From Torpedo marmorata (lineage: Eukaryota), in the NCBI GenBank assembly GCA_977017645.1, contig OZ360220.1, positions 58,652,001-58,716,000 of the forward strand: a DNA stretch of 64,000 nt, read 5' to 3'. This document shows, in pieces, positions 38,201 to 50,256 of this stretch. Positions within the stretch are counted from its first letter, which is position 1. The number at the start of each line of letters is the position of its first letter. Both the position numbers and the translations under genes were made by a program. The notes under the pieces are model-generated. The model worked only from the letters and a program-made list of their open reading frames with translations. It was not told where the DNA came from and searched no databases.

Positions 38201-39543
38201 TGTTACAAAATCAAACCAGCAACGAAAGAAGACGCAATGCAAAAGGGGTAAAATTGAAATTTATATTTATTAAAGACAATTAAACATATAATTTCACAAC
38301 AATTAACCCCACTATAAACGTCTATAAACACTATTCTTATCTAAAAGGTGTGTGTGTGTGTGTAAAGCCAAGACCATTACAGTCTGTGCCAAACCCTCAT
38401 GTAAAAATGGAAAAACTTTCCCCAAAAACCCCAGGTCAGTCATAAAAACAAGTCAGTCAAAAAAAAAATAATAGGAAATCTGATTTAGATTTAGGATTAG
38501 AAAGATGGCATGCAGAACTTCGTTCGTGTATACCACTTGAAAAAATTACTTATAATTTACGTAATAAATATCATTTTTTCTTAAAAATTTGGAGCCCATA
38601 TATGAAAGTTGTTGGTTTAAGGATTTGAAGATCTCTGGGTATCGGATCTACTGGCATACCTGACCTCCATAATAGAATTAGTTTATAGATGTATGTTTTT
38701 TTTAGATTGGCATTCTCCTTACTCTATCTCTTTCTTTCTTCTTTTTTTTTTCCTCTTTTTCTATTTTTATTTTATATATTTTTTTTAAATTAGATTAGTG
38801 GGGTTGGGAGGGTTGGGGAGGGGAGGGTGGGAGGGGGGGTGAAAATGTATCACAAATATTTTGATAATTTCATATTTTATTTTATGTATTTTGTGATTTA
38901 AAAATTTTAAATAAAATATTTTAAAAAAAAGAATAATACAGTCCACAAAAATTCACTCTCTAAGTTCAGGTTCCAAATTCAGTTCTGTGTGCTGGTAGAA
39001 GGACTTTTCAATGAACGTTGGAGAGAGACAATGACTGTTTATGCTTACGAATACTTGGCTTGTTTTTTCTTCTCTGATGACTTTCCCTTTTGGTAGAGAT
39101 TCATGAGGATTGCGACTCCAAATCAGTATACCACTGATTGAGGCGTGTGCTTGGATCTCACAGCTGGTCTCGCTGATCTCATGCCTGTTCTCCACAAAAG
39201 TTGCTTTTAACTCAGGATTTCTCTGAGACAGGAGGCCATGTGCTATCCTTCCAGCCTTTTCCTCTGGGATGCACAAGCCTGGATTTGGCTGTGTTCTCTT
39301 GCCTTTGCAACTCCAAAACTGCCTGCTTTTTGCAGAGGTCTGCACCTGCTTTTGCAAAAGTGCAACAAAGTATCTTTTCCACAGCCTGTCTCTCTCTGCT
39401 CTCTCTCTCTCTCTCTCTCTCTGGGTACACCAAGTCCTGGGCAAGTTAACTCTTTCAGTGCCTGGTCCCAGTGTGTACTCCAAAAGACTTCATCCTTCCT
39501 GCTGACCATCCGCAGTCCAAATGGTCAGTCATGGTCCATAACA
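38201..39543 (-). mobile_element. Solo LTR family A, copy 2, inserted in the Gypsy leader and split by an L1 fragment
   Basis: TGTTA...TAACA termini; 4-bp TSD GTGC on both sides; homologous to 7316..8105. Confidence 0.85.
38474..38930 (+). mobile_element. L1 3' fragment, copy C
   Basis: ORF2 end (WHAELRSCIPLEKITY), 3'UTR, poly(A); TSD containing AATAATA. Confidence 0.88.
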
Positions 39544-39876
39544 GTGCAGAGTGAGAATCAGTCGATATCAGCAGAAATGGAGAGTGTAAAGGCTCCTGAA
39601 GCAGTAAGTTGGACTGGAAATGTCAACCACGAGTGGAGGCTGTTCAAACAAAGATTCATGCTTTACCTGCAAGCCATTGGACTCTATAGCAAACCTGATG
39701 CATGGAAGATTGCACTGCTATTTACCGTGGCGGGACCTCAAGCACTAGAGGTTTTCAAAACATTTGTTTTTGCTGAGGCAGAAGACCAGGGCAAGTTCGA
39801 CAAGGTTATCGAGATGTTTGATGAACACTGTTCACCAAAGAAAAATGAAACGTTCAAGAGATATGTGTTTCGCTCT

Positions 39877-42066
39877 GATCTCTTCTTTTGTAAATCCTTC
39901 TCCAGAAACTCAATCTCCTTCTCCAAATTATCTAATTCCTGAACATATTCCTTTATAACTTTTGCTGAATAACTTATTATTTGACCTCTTAAATAAGCCT
40001 TTAAAGATTCCCAAATAATAAATTTATTGTCAATCGAATTAGAATTAATCTGTAAAAATTCATGAATTTCTCTTCTTATAAAATTAGAAAAATCCGGTCT
40101 TTTCAATAAAGAAGAATTTAATCTCCATCTATATATAATTTTTTCTTTTTCTGGAATTATACATGACATTATTAGAGGCGAATGATCAGAAATTATTCTT
40201 GCTTTATATTGTACTTGAGTCACTCTGTCTTCTAATTGAGATGACAATAAAAACATATCTATTCTAGAATAAGAATCATGTCTAGAAGAATAAAAAGAAT
40301 AATCTTTTTCTCTTGGATTTAACTTCCTCCAAATATCTATTAAATTCAGATCTTTCATCAAAGAAAGAATTATTTTCGCAGTTTTAGTTCTAATAATTGA
40401 TTTTGATGTTTTATCTATTATTGGATCGAAACAACAATTAAAATCCCCACCGATTAAAATATTATCATTTGCTTCTGATAAATGCATAAAAGAATCTTGA
40501 ATAAATTGTTCATCTTCCGTATTTGGCGCATATATATTCATAAGTGTCCACACTTCTGAATATATCTGACAGTTTATTAAAACTTATCTTCCTGACACAT
40601 CTGAAACCACAGACTGTATATTAAAAGGTAACTTTTTATTAATTAATATAGCAACTCCTTTTGCTTTAGAATTAAATGAAGACGCCACCAGGAAAATCTT
40701 CTGCTTGGATTAAAATAGAATTAAATAATATAGCAGAAGATTTGAAAAAAGAAGTTATTTATAAATGGAATTCTAAATTAGTATTAACAAGAGGGAAAAA
40801 TTCTCCTATTTTTAGACATTTGTTAGAAATATGGAATAGAGTGGATAGGGAGATAGGAGGGAAAGGGTTAATTTCTCGAAGAATGCCTTTATATCAAAAT
40901 AAACTTATTCCATTTACTGTTGATAATCAATTATTTAAAATTTAGTTTCAAAAGGGAATTAAGAAAATAAATGATTGTTTTGAAGCTAGTAAATGTATTA
41001 CTTTTCAGAGAATGAAAGAAAAGTTTAATGTATTAGATAATACACTTTTTGCTTACTATCAAATTAGAGCATTTTTAGTTGAAAGGTTGGGTTATAGTTT
41101 GATTTTACCAAGACAAAGTGAATTGGAATTATTAGTTATTAATGGAGGTGTAAATAAATTTATTTCTCAAATGTATAGATTATTACAGAGAAAAATGCCC
41201 AAAGTAGGAATTCATAAATCAAGATTAAAATGGGAATCAGATTTGAATGTAACAATAGATGAAGAACATTGGAAAGAATTATGTAAATTAAGTATGACAA
41301 AAATTATTAATGTCAGATATAGACTCGTGCAATATAATTTTTTCCACCAATTATATTTAACACCTAAAAAATTAAAGAAAGTTAATCCGACATTATCTGG
41401 TTTATGTTTTAGATGTAATAGAGAGGAAGGTTCTTTTCTACATTCTACATGGCTTTGTCTAAAGATATATGAGTTTTGGTTGAAAGTTAAAAAGTTTTTA
41501 GATAAAGTATTAAGAATTACACTTCCAATGGATCCTATGATATTTTTATTTCGAGATATTAAAAGAATTAGTACCAAGATGAAATTAAATATGTACCAAA
41601 TAGAATTTTTGTGAATTGCTTTAGCTGTTTCTAAGAAATGTATTGCTATTACATGGAAATCTGATGTTGATTTAGGGTTAGATAGGTGGCATGCAGAACT
41701 TCGTTCTTGTACACCACTTGAAAAAATTACTTATAATTTACGTAACAAATATAATTTATTTTTGAAAATATGAAGCCCATATATAAAAACTGTGGGTTTA
41801 AGGATTTGAAGATCTCTGGATATCAGATCTGACTGGTGAACCTATTTCCAAAATTTAGATTATAGTTGTTCTTTTTTTTAGATTGACATTCTCCTTATTC
41901 TATCTTTTTCTTTCTTTCTTTTCTATTAATTAGATTAATAGGGGTGGGAGGGTTAGGGAGGGGAGGGAGGGTGGGGGGGGGGGAGAAAATAAATCACATG
42001 TATTTTGATAATTTTGCATTTTATACAGTGATTAAAAAAATTTTAAATAAAATATTTTTAAAAAAA
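39877..42066 (+). mobile_element. L1 copy D with inverted 5' segment (39877-about 40689 minus; about 40693-42066 plus)
   Basis: Minus-strand APE region joined to a plus-strand ORF2 C-terminus, 3'UTR and poly(A); no TSD. Confidence 0.88.
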
Positions 42067-43578
42067 GAATCTGAATGAAGGATGACCGAGAGGTGAATGT
42101 CAGCCATACTACAACATCAGAGCTGAGCTGAATGTTGTCAATGGGCTTCTACTCAGACAGAGCAGAATTGTCATTCCTCAATCACTGCGACAAGAGATGC
42201 TGAAAAGGGTGAATGAGGGGCACCTTGGAATGGAAAAATGCAAGAGGAGGGCCAGAACTGCTGTTTATTGGCCAGGGATAAATGCTGACATTGACAGGAT
42301 GGTTTCAAGCTGTGAGACCTGTTTGAAACATCACGCAAAGCAGGCAAAGGAACCCATGATAATAACTGATGTATCAGCAGAACCATTGCAGAAAGTTGGG
42401 ACTGATCTGTTCCACATGGATAGAAAGAATTACTTGCTGGTTATTGATTATCTACCGAACTATCCGGAGATTGCGCTGCTTCCTAATATGTCTGCTGCTT
42501 GTGTGATCAAATATATGAAATCGATCTTTGCAAGACATGGAATTCCTCAAATTGTCTACAGTGACAATGGACCATGCTACAGCTGTAGAGAATTCCAGAT
42601 CTTTGCAGAAGAGTATGATTTTCGACATGTGACTTCAAGTCCTCTGCATCCACAGTCAAATGGTAAAGCAGAGATAGGAGTGCACATAGTTAAACAGTTG
42701 CTCAAGAAAGCACAAGACAGTAGCTCAGATCCATATCTAGCTCTATTGAGATACAGAGCTTCGCCACTTGAACATGGCATGTCACCCGTTGAGCTTCTGA
42801 TGGGACATAGACTACACACCACACTTCCCTACTCTGCAGACCCAAAAAAGAACAGAGATGTCGAAGGTGTCGAACGGAAACAAAAGCATCTGCAATGGAG
42901 ACAAAAAACAAACTATGACAAGTCAGCAAGAAGCTTAGGGCCACTGGTACAACATGACACAGTGAGACTCAGAGATTCCCACACTTGGGACAAAAAGACT
43001 ACTGTTCTGGAGGAAGTAAATCCAAGATCCTACACTGCCAGAACAGAGGATGGTCAAACACTGAAAAGGAATCAAAAGAGTCTGCTGAAAACGCAAGAGA
43101 CACTGCAGGAACAGACAAATGCAGAAGATCCAGCCTGCACAGCAACAGAGGAAACACCACCAGTGCTGAACAGTAGTGGACCAGCAGAGCCGACACAAGC
43201 ACCTGTGTTAAGAAGATCCACACATGTTATCAAAGCACCTGACAGGCTGAATCTCTAAAAGAGAAAAAGAACTGCACACTTAAAATGTTTGTGCTGCTGA
43301 TGTTGTGTTTACGTTTGTGTTGAACTTTAAATTGAAATGAATACTGTATTAGTGTGTCATGTTGTTAGATTAAACATCTCAAGGAAAGGGGATGTAATGA
43401 TAGAGTGCTAGTGATCCTCCTGACCACTAGAGGGAGTCGGAGACTAGTTTGTTGCAGCTTGGGTTGGATTCAAGATGGATGCCTCCACACGGTCGTGAAT
43501 GAGTTGCATAGCTCATAAAGTATAGTTGTTTTAAAAAATAACCCAAGTTTCTTTATTACAATTAAAAAAAACATCACA

Positions 43579-43795
43579 GCAAAGTTAGTGTAGCGGTTAG
43601 CACAATGCTATTACAGCGCCAGCAACCCAGGTTCATATCTGGTGCTGTCTGTAAGGAGTTTATACATTCTCCCCATGACTGTGTGTGTTTCCTCCGAGTG
43701 CTTTGTTTTCCTCCCCCCATTGAAAATGTACAGGGTTTATAGGTTAATTGGTGTATTTGGGCAGCATGTTACCGTGCTGTACCTCTAAATTAAAT
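43579..43795 (+). mobile_element. SINE body; its first bases (GGGTGGCAC) lie at 37965-37973, on the other side of the Gypsy
   Basis: Alignment to the intact copy at 50014..50250. Confidence 0.75.
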
Positions 43796-44389
43796 TTTAA
43801 AAATTGTTTTAGCCTGAACTAGAGAAATACTTTTGAAAGGTCTTCAGGGTGTCCTGGGTGGGATGACCATCTGAGGCCTATGCCCTTACAAAGCCTGCTC
43901 TACCTTGCAGGATGTCCATCAGTTCAAAGAGTCAACTTACTCAGCGCCCCCATATCTGGAAAAGTAAGTGTGGGTGGGCAGACAGGCAGGCACCACGTGA
44001 AGCGAGTTTAGGCAGAGGGCTAGATCCAACATGATAGGGACCAGCAAGTTATTTCAATATTATTATTATAATATATAGAAAATATTATGGCAATGGAGGA
44101 GGCCATTTGGTCCACAGGGTCTTTGCCTGCTCTTAGAGCTATCCCAGCATCACATTCCTCCACTTATTTTCTTGTTATCTATTTTCTCTCACATGCCCAT
44201 GAACATTTCACCGACATTACTACCATCCACTTACAGCAAGTGGCCAACTTATCCACCAGCCATTTACACTGTGGCATAGCCACTAACTTAACATAGACTC
44301 TAATCCAGCACCATGGTCCTTGGATAAAAACAACCTTAAAATCCATTCTGAGAACTTGGTCAAGTATGCTTTGGCAAATATTCGTAGTT

Positions 44390-44920
44390 GTACAGGCATT
44401 TGTGAGACCACACTTTGAGTACAGTTTTTAGTTCTAGTCACCCAGCCATAGGAAGGATATCAATTAATTGGAAGGGCTGCTGAGGAGATTCACCAGGATT
44501 TTGCCAGGACTGGAGGGCTTGAGTTATAGGGAGAGGTTGGATAGATGGGTCTTTATGCCCTGGAGCATAAGAGGCTGAAGGATGACCTTATAGAGGTTTA
44601 TAAAATCATGATGGGCATGGATAAAGTGAATGCTCACAGATTCTTTTCCCAGGGTAGGCAATTCTAGGACCAGATTTAATATCAAAGGGGAGAAATTCAA
44701 GATGGACCAGAGAGGCAACTTTTTCATTCAAAGGCTAATATCAGGAATGAGCTGCCAGAGGAAGCTATGGAATTACAACATTAAAAAGACCTTTGGACAG
44801 ATACATGGAGAGGAAGGGGTTTAAAGAATACAGACCAAATACAGGCAAATAGGACTAGCACAGAATGACAACTTGTCTGGCATGGATGTGTTGAGCGAAG
44901 GGTATCTTCCCTGCATGGTG
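44390..44920 (+). mobile_element. Degenerate CR1 3' fragment
   Basis: VRPHFEY, RFTRILPGLEGLSYRERL remnants. Confidence 0.7.
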
Positions 44921-45439
44921 GCTCTCGGACTATACTCAACATGCGTTAGATGGCAATAAATATCTAAAGCTTCTCTATTGGTGCAGGATGGAGTCAATCT
45001 ACTTTCAAATATTTGTTGTGAAGTATTCTTATTAGTAATAAATCTTGGTCCCCTTTGCCCAGAATTTAAAGAATAAAGCAAAGCAAAGTAAATGTTAATC
45101 TTAAGGACTTCTTTCACAGTAAGTGTGAACTCATACCGTGATGGAGCATCAAAACAAAAGGGAAATACACTGTCTGGATAAAACAAATGGAAACATGATG
45201 AAGATGAAAGCTGAATCTCCTCTCACAGCATCTAATTACTAATGCATTACCTTAAAAAATCTGTCATTCACTCTGTTGTATTTTTGCTGCACAAAGCATA
45301 AATAGTTCCAAAGCATTCATATAATAAGCTGCAATTCATTGAAGCTAACCTATCATTACATTTTGTCCATTACAACTCTGATGAAAAGAATGATAATATT
45401 GTCAGTCTTCAATTGTATTTGTCATAAGTGTATCCTTAC

Positions 45440-45570
45440 CTGTACTCAGATAACCCCAGGAGCAGATTGCCTGCCAGAATTCTGTATTCATGTTTAGGAC
45501 AAGGGATAATGTACAGGCCAGTCAACTTTGTGGTGTATTTTTTCTTAAGAAGATCATACATCAAGAGAGT
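45440..45570 (-). CDS. NWD-like gene exon (TLLMYDLLKKKYTTKL...LLLGLSEY)
   Basis: Not in the ORF track. Acceptor gtttactttag (phase 0), donor AG|gtaagg (phase 2). Confidence 0.85.
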
Positions 45571-46169
45571 CTAAAGTAAACACAAAGCAAAGGATAATAA
45601 AGTAACAAAAACAAATGCTGGAAATCAGAAAAATACAGGAAATAATGAAAATAAGAAGTTTGGTCAAGCTAAATTTTGGAGAAAGAGAGCAAAAGTTTCA
45701 ATAATCTGTCATCAGAATATGTAAAAGGGATTTGGTAGGAATAATTGGAAAGGATATCAGTACTCATTGTGACGTGGTCTGGGAACGATGGGATAGTCTC
45801 CTCAGTAGGAGGAAAATGGGATTCAACAAAGACTGAGTATTAGACAAGCAGCTTGTCAATATGGTGGAATGGCAAGATCGATTTGGGAGAGATATGGTTG
45901 GGTATCTTAAAAAAAAATCAACTTTGGGATCATATTCGGGAGATGGCTCTGAGGGGTAAATTTGTAGAGAAGGAATTGACGGGAGCCATTATAAATACTT
46001 AATGAATGGTCTCAATTATAGTGGCAAGATTTATGAAATTTCATCTTTTTGGAGTTGAATAGGCTTCAAGGTTCTGGATTGTCATAGTCATAGTGTTCAA
46101 CACTAATTATCAAGGATAAATTATTAGGCAATTTTTTTTACTAGATATATGAATATCTAGATATTGGGT

Positions 46170-47243
46170 CCTTGATTTCCTCACCTACAGACCACAATCA
46201 GTTAGGATTGGTAAGAACATCTCCTCCACAATCTCCATCAGTACTGGAGCACCACAGGGCTGCGTTCTTAGCCCCCTACTCTATTCGCTTTAAACCTATG
46301 ACTGTGTGGTTCGGTATGACGACAACACCATCTACAAGTTCACTGACTATACCATGGTAATGGGTTGTATAAAAAGGGGTGATGAGTCAGCATACAGGAG
46401 GGAGATTAAAAACTTGGCCGAATGGTGCACCAACAATAACCTCGCACTTAATGTCACCAAAACCAAGGAGCAGATTGTTGACTTCAGGAAGGGAAAACCA
46501 GATGTTTACGATCCAGTGATCATTGGGGGATCAGAGGTGGAGAGGGTGAGAAAATTTATGTTATTGTGAGTCACTATCTCAGAGGATCTTTCCTGGACCC
46601 AACACACTAATGGCATCGTGAAGAAAGCATGTCAGCGCCTCTACTTCCTCAGGAGTTTGCGGAGGTTTGGTATGACATCAGAAACCCTGGCAAATTTCTA
46701 TAGATGTGTGATGGAAAGTGTGCTGACGGGTTGCATCACGGTCTGGTATGGGGACACCAATACCCCCGAGCGTAAAGCCCTGCAAAAGGTACTGGACACA
46801 GCCCAGGACATCACAGGCAAAATCCTCCCCACCATCGTGAACATCTACTGGGAACGCTGCCATCAGAGAGCAGCAGTAATCATCAAGGATCTATACCACC
46901 CAGCACACGCTCTGTTCTCGCTGCTACCATCAGGAAAAGGGTATAAGTGCCACAAGACTCGCACCACCAGGTTCAGGAACAGCTGCTACCCCTCTACCAT
47001 CAGATTCTTCAACAATAAACTCAATCAGGGACTCATTTAAGGACTCTTACTTGTGCACTTTATTGAGTTTTCCTCTCTGTATTCCACAGTCAGTTGTTTA
47101 CATTTCTTTATTTGTTTACATGTGTACATTGTGTACAGTTTTTTTTTCCACTACCAAGAAGTGGAAAAAGAATCTCAGGGTTGTTTGTGATGTCATGTAT
47201 GTACTCTGACAATAAATCTGAAATCTGAATCTGAAATCTGAAA
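46170..47243 (+). mobile_element. Rex1/Babar LINE, diverged subfamily, copy 4
   Basis: [36 protein letters not shown]; AATAAA plus (AATCTGA)n tail. Confidence 0.82.
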
Positions 47244-47439
47244 TATGAAGACAGGTTTTATATATATTGTATTTTCAATGAAGAAAATCAATCCAAATTT
47301 GACACCATTGCCACGTCGGGAAAAGTTACTACATATGACCAAATGCTTAGACAATTTTGTCAATTTGTAAGGAACATCCTTTTTATATAAAGGTTTGGGA
47401 AATCATGATTAACAGCCAGGTCCCAGTTTACATAGAAAC

Positions 47440-48020
47440 TGTAAAAAACACAAATGCTGGAGAAACTCAGCAGGTCAAACAGTGTCTTTTATGTAGCAAA
47501 GGTAGAAATACATAACCGACGTTTCGGGCTTGAGCCCTTCATCAAAGTATGAGAAAATGCCGGCAGGCGTCCGAACAAAGGAGTGAGGGGGGAAGGGGGA
47601 TGGCAAAGGCAGGAGATGATAGGTGGAGAAAGGAGGGAGGGGACAGCAGCAAAGAGGGGGAGGAGGGATGGCTGGGTAGCTGGAGAAAAACAGGAAGGAC
47701 AGGTGAGGGGGGAGGGGAAGGGAACAACAAGCAGGTTTAGTGGAAAGCAGAAAAGTCAATGTTAATGCCATCTGGCTGGAGAGTGCCGAGACGGAATATG
47801 AGATGTTGTTCCTCCAATTTGCGGGTAGTCTGGGTGGGATAGTACATGAGGCCATGGACTGACATGTGAGTGTGGGAGTGTGACCCGGAATTGAAATGGT
47901 TGGCTACTGGGAGGTCGCTGTTGTTGCGGACGGAGAGGAGGTGCTCAGCAAAGCGGTCTCCCAATCTACGACCGGTCTCTCCAATGTATAGAAAGCCACA
48001 AAGGGAGCACCTTTGCACAT
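47440..48020 (-). mobile_element. Penelope-like element 3' fragment (GIY-YIG endonuclease end + hammerhead-like motif)
   Basis: CSLCGFLYIGETGRRLGDRFAEH..NHFN..H..LEEQHLIFRLGTLQPDGINIDF. Confidence 0.88.
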
Positions 48021-48500
48021 TGGAGAGATAAAACTCTTCCTTTACATAGAAACTGCATGGGATTGGGTACTGACGGAAGGGAAGTAGCCTAGCAAAAGCA
48101 AGTATTGCTTTGTGGTAGTGAGCACCAGTGTTCACACAAACAATCTAGGCCACTTCTGTCTAGAGACCATCCATTGACTCTTCTTGATGAGGATTTCTAT
48201 CTTCCAAACAATGATTGCATTCAATCTTCCAAACAATGACTGCATTTCTCATAAGGTAACCATGGGATGGGACAAATATGGATCCAATCAAAACCAAAGA
48301 GCACAGAATTCTGTTTAAATTTGGTTGTTTCTATACCTCTCTTCCAATTTTCATTTCGGTCAGTCACTGCTTTTAGCCATTTTAAATATCAGCAAGTGAA
48401 TCACATAAGCTGTAATATTTCACACCTTATGAGTTGATCATCTCTATAATTTTGCTTTATTGACAAAGGACATAAAAGATCAAAGTGTTCATATAATTAC

Positions 48501-48702
48501 CTGGAAAATGGGCCTCGGTGTTTCAGCATGAGTGGCAGTGCCCTTATCAGAAAGGATGTAGAGTTTTGTATCCCTTGCCAGTACAATGTCTGTACTGTCA
48601 ACCAGACCCCGCTCCACTTGGACTGCCTGCCCCTTATACTTGGATTTTCTTAAGTTCCAGATCGATATAACTTCTGAATTTAAGCTCCTACATACAGCAT
48701 AA
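48501..48702 (-). CDS. NWD-like gene exon (YAVCRSLNSEVISIWNL...TPRPIFQ)
   Basis: Not in the ORF track. Acceptor ttttttcag (phase 2), donor CAG|gtaatt (phase 0); open frame throughout. Confidence 0.85.
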
Positions 48703-49056
48703 CTGAAAAAAGTAACATTGAAATATGAAAGTCAAATGAATAAACATTTTTTGTTGCAGAACATCTTTTACTCCCTTTTAAAAAATAATTGGAGTGTGAT
48801 TTAATATTAATTCCTAGAGGTAGGAATTGTAGGTAGATTCTTTTCTCCCCATCTTCTAGTCAAGTACATATTCTCAAATATTTATGCAGTTTCTGTAGAT
48901 TTGTAGATTTCTGTAGACTGAAATGCATGTTGTATCTAGTTTAATATAAACATTGTGAACATGCTATTAGTAAGTATTAGCAAAGTCAGACCATGTATGA
49001 TTAGAAGCAATATTTAACTACTTTGACCACTCACACTCAGTAGTCAATGAAAATTG

Positions 49057-49262
49057 GCCGGCACGGTTAGCGCAATGTTATTACAGCTCCAGCAACCCAG
49101 GTTCAAATCCGGTGCTGTCTGTAAGGAGTTTGTACATTCTCCATGTGACCTGTATGGGTTTTCCCTGGTTGCTCCGGTTTCTTCCCACCTTCCATAAGCC
49201 ATACGGGCTTCATAGGTTATTGGGTATAATTGGGTGGTGTGGGTTTCAATGGCCGGAATCAG
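49057..49262 (+). mobile_element. SINE (V-SINE-like)
   Basis: tRNA-like head and core shared with 50014..50250. Confidence 0.75.
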
Positions 49263-49930
49263 CTTCTAAAGTGTTGTTAAAAAAAAATGCTGCAGACATG
49301 GAAATCTGAAGTAAAAACAGAGAAGCTGGACAAACTCAACACATCAGGCAGCATCTGTGGAAAGAGAAACAGTTAACGATTCAAATCTGGGAACCTTCAT
49401 CAGAACTGAGGAAGAGAGAAACAAGCTAGGCTAGGAGGCAGGGAAGGTGGGGAATGACAAAGGGAATTTCTCCCATCAAGTGGCAGTTAACACTTTGTGT
49501 TGGCAACGTGTTGAAAATACTGTACAGCTTGTGTCATGATGTATGGATTGGACCAAACAAAAGGAAGGAAAAATAAAAAAGGAATGGAAGGCAAAGTGGC
49601 CAGTACTGATACAAACAGAAAAAAAGCATGAGGTATCCAAAGTTGGAGAGTTCGATCTTGAGTTTTGCAATCCTCAACGTGTTGTTCCTCGAGATTGTGT
49701 TGGGCCTTGTCGTAAGTGTGCAGGAGGCCACAGAGAGATCTGACTGGGTGTGGGACAGCACATTAAAGTAGCAGGCAACCAGAAGCTCTGGGTCACTCCT
49801 GCGGACTGAGTGCAGGTGCTTCGCAAATCACTCACACACATTCTGCATCAGGCTTTTCTAATATAGAGGGAGCCACATTGTGAACACCAAATGCAATGCA
49901 CTCGATGGGAAGAAGTGCAAGTGAATTGCT

Positions 49931-50003
49931 GGGGAATTAGCTCAAATGGTAGAGCACTCGCTTAGCATACAAGAGGAAGCGGGATTGATGCCGACATTCT
50001 CAA
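49931..50003 (+). pseudogene. tRNA-Ala(AGC) pseudogene
   Basis: GGGGAATTAGCTCAAATGGTAGAGC..CTTAGCAT..GCGGGATTGATGCC; colinear with vertebrate tRNA-Ala(AGC) but with stem-breaking substitutions. Confidence 0.85.
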
Positions 50004-50013
50004 TTTGTATTTA

Positions 50014-50256
50014 GGGCGGCACGGTTAGCATAGCGGTTAGCGCAACGTTGTTACAGCGCCAGCGATCCGAGTTCGAATCCGGCGCTGTCTGTAAGGAGTT
50101 TGTACGTTCTCCCTGCATCTGCGTGGGTTTCCTCTGGGTGCTCTGATTTCCTCCCACCCTCCAAAAACGTACGGGGGTTGAGGGTTAATTGGGCAGCATG
50201 GGCTCATAGGCCAGAAGGGCCTGTTACTGTGCTGTATGTCTAAATTTAAATTTAAA
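50014..50256 (+). mobile_element. Full-length tRNA-derived SINE (V-SINE-like core)
   Basis: A-box-like head, B-box GAGTTCGAATCC, conserved core, (TAAATT)n tail. Confidence 0.85.

Larger units (their letters stand above)
37974..43578 (+). mobile_element. Gypsy LTR retrotransposon with both LTRs, carrying nested insertions; protease/RT/RNase H missing
   Basis: 5' LTR 37974-38146 (first about 10 bp lost), PBS, gag from 39578 (MESVKAPE..WRLFKQRF..CSPKKNE), integrase 42067-43258 (GHLGMEKC, YWPGI, SDNGP, HPQSNGKAE), PPT AAGGAAAGGGGA, 3' LTR 43393-43578 (TG...CA). Confidence 0.92.

Noticed and set aside
39238-40553. Long ORFs 39238..39942 (+) and 39738..40553 (-) as novel fusion proteins
   Set aside because: Chance read-through across LTR/gag/L1 junctions
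49931-50003. Functional tRNA-Ala gene
   Set aside because: Substitutions in the D, anticodon, T and acceptor stems, and it lies inside a TSD-flanked insertion
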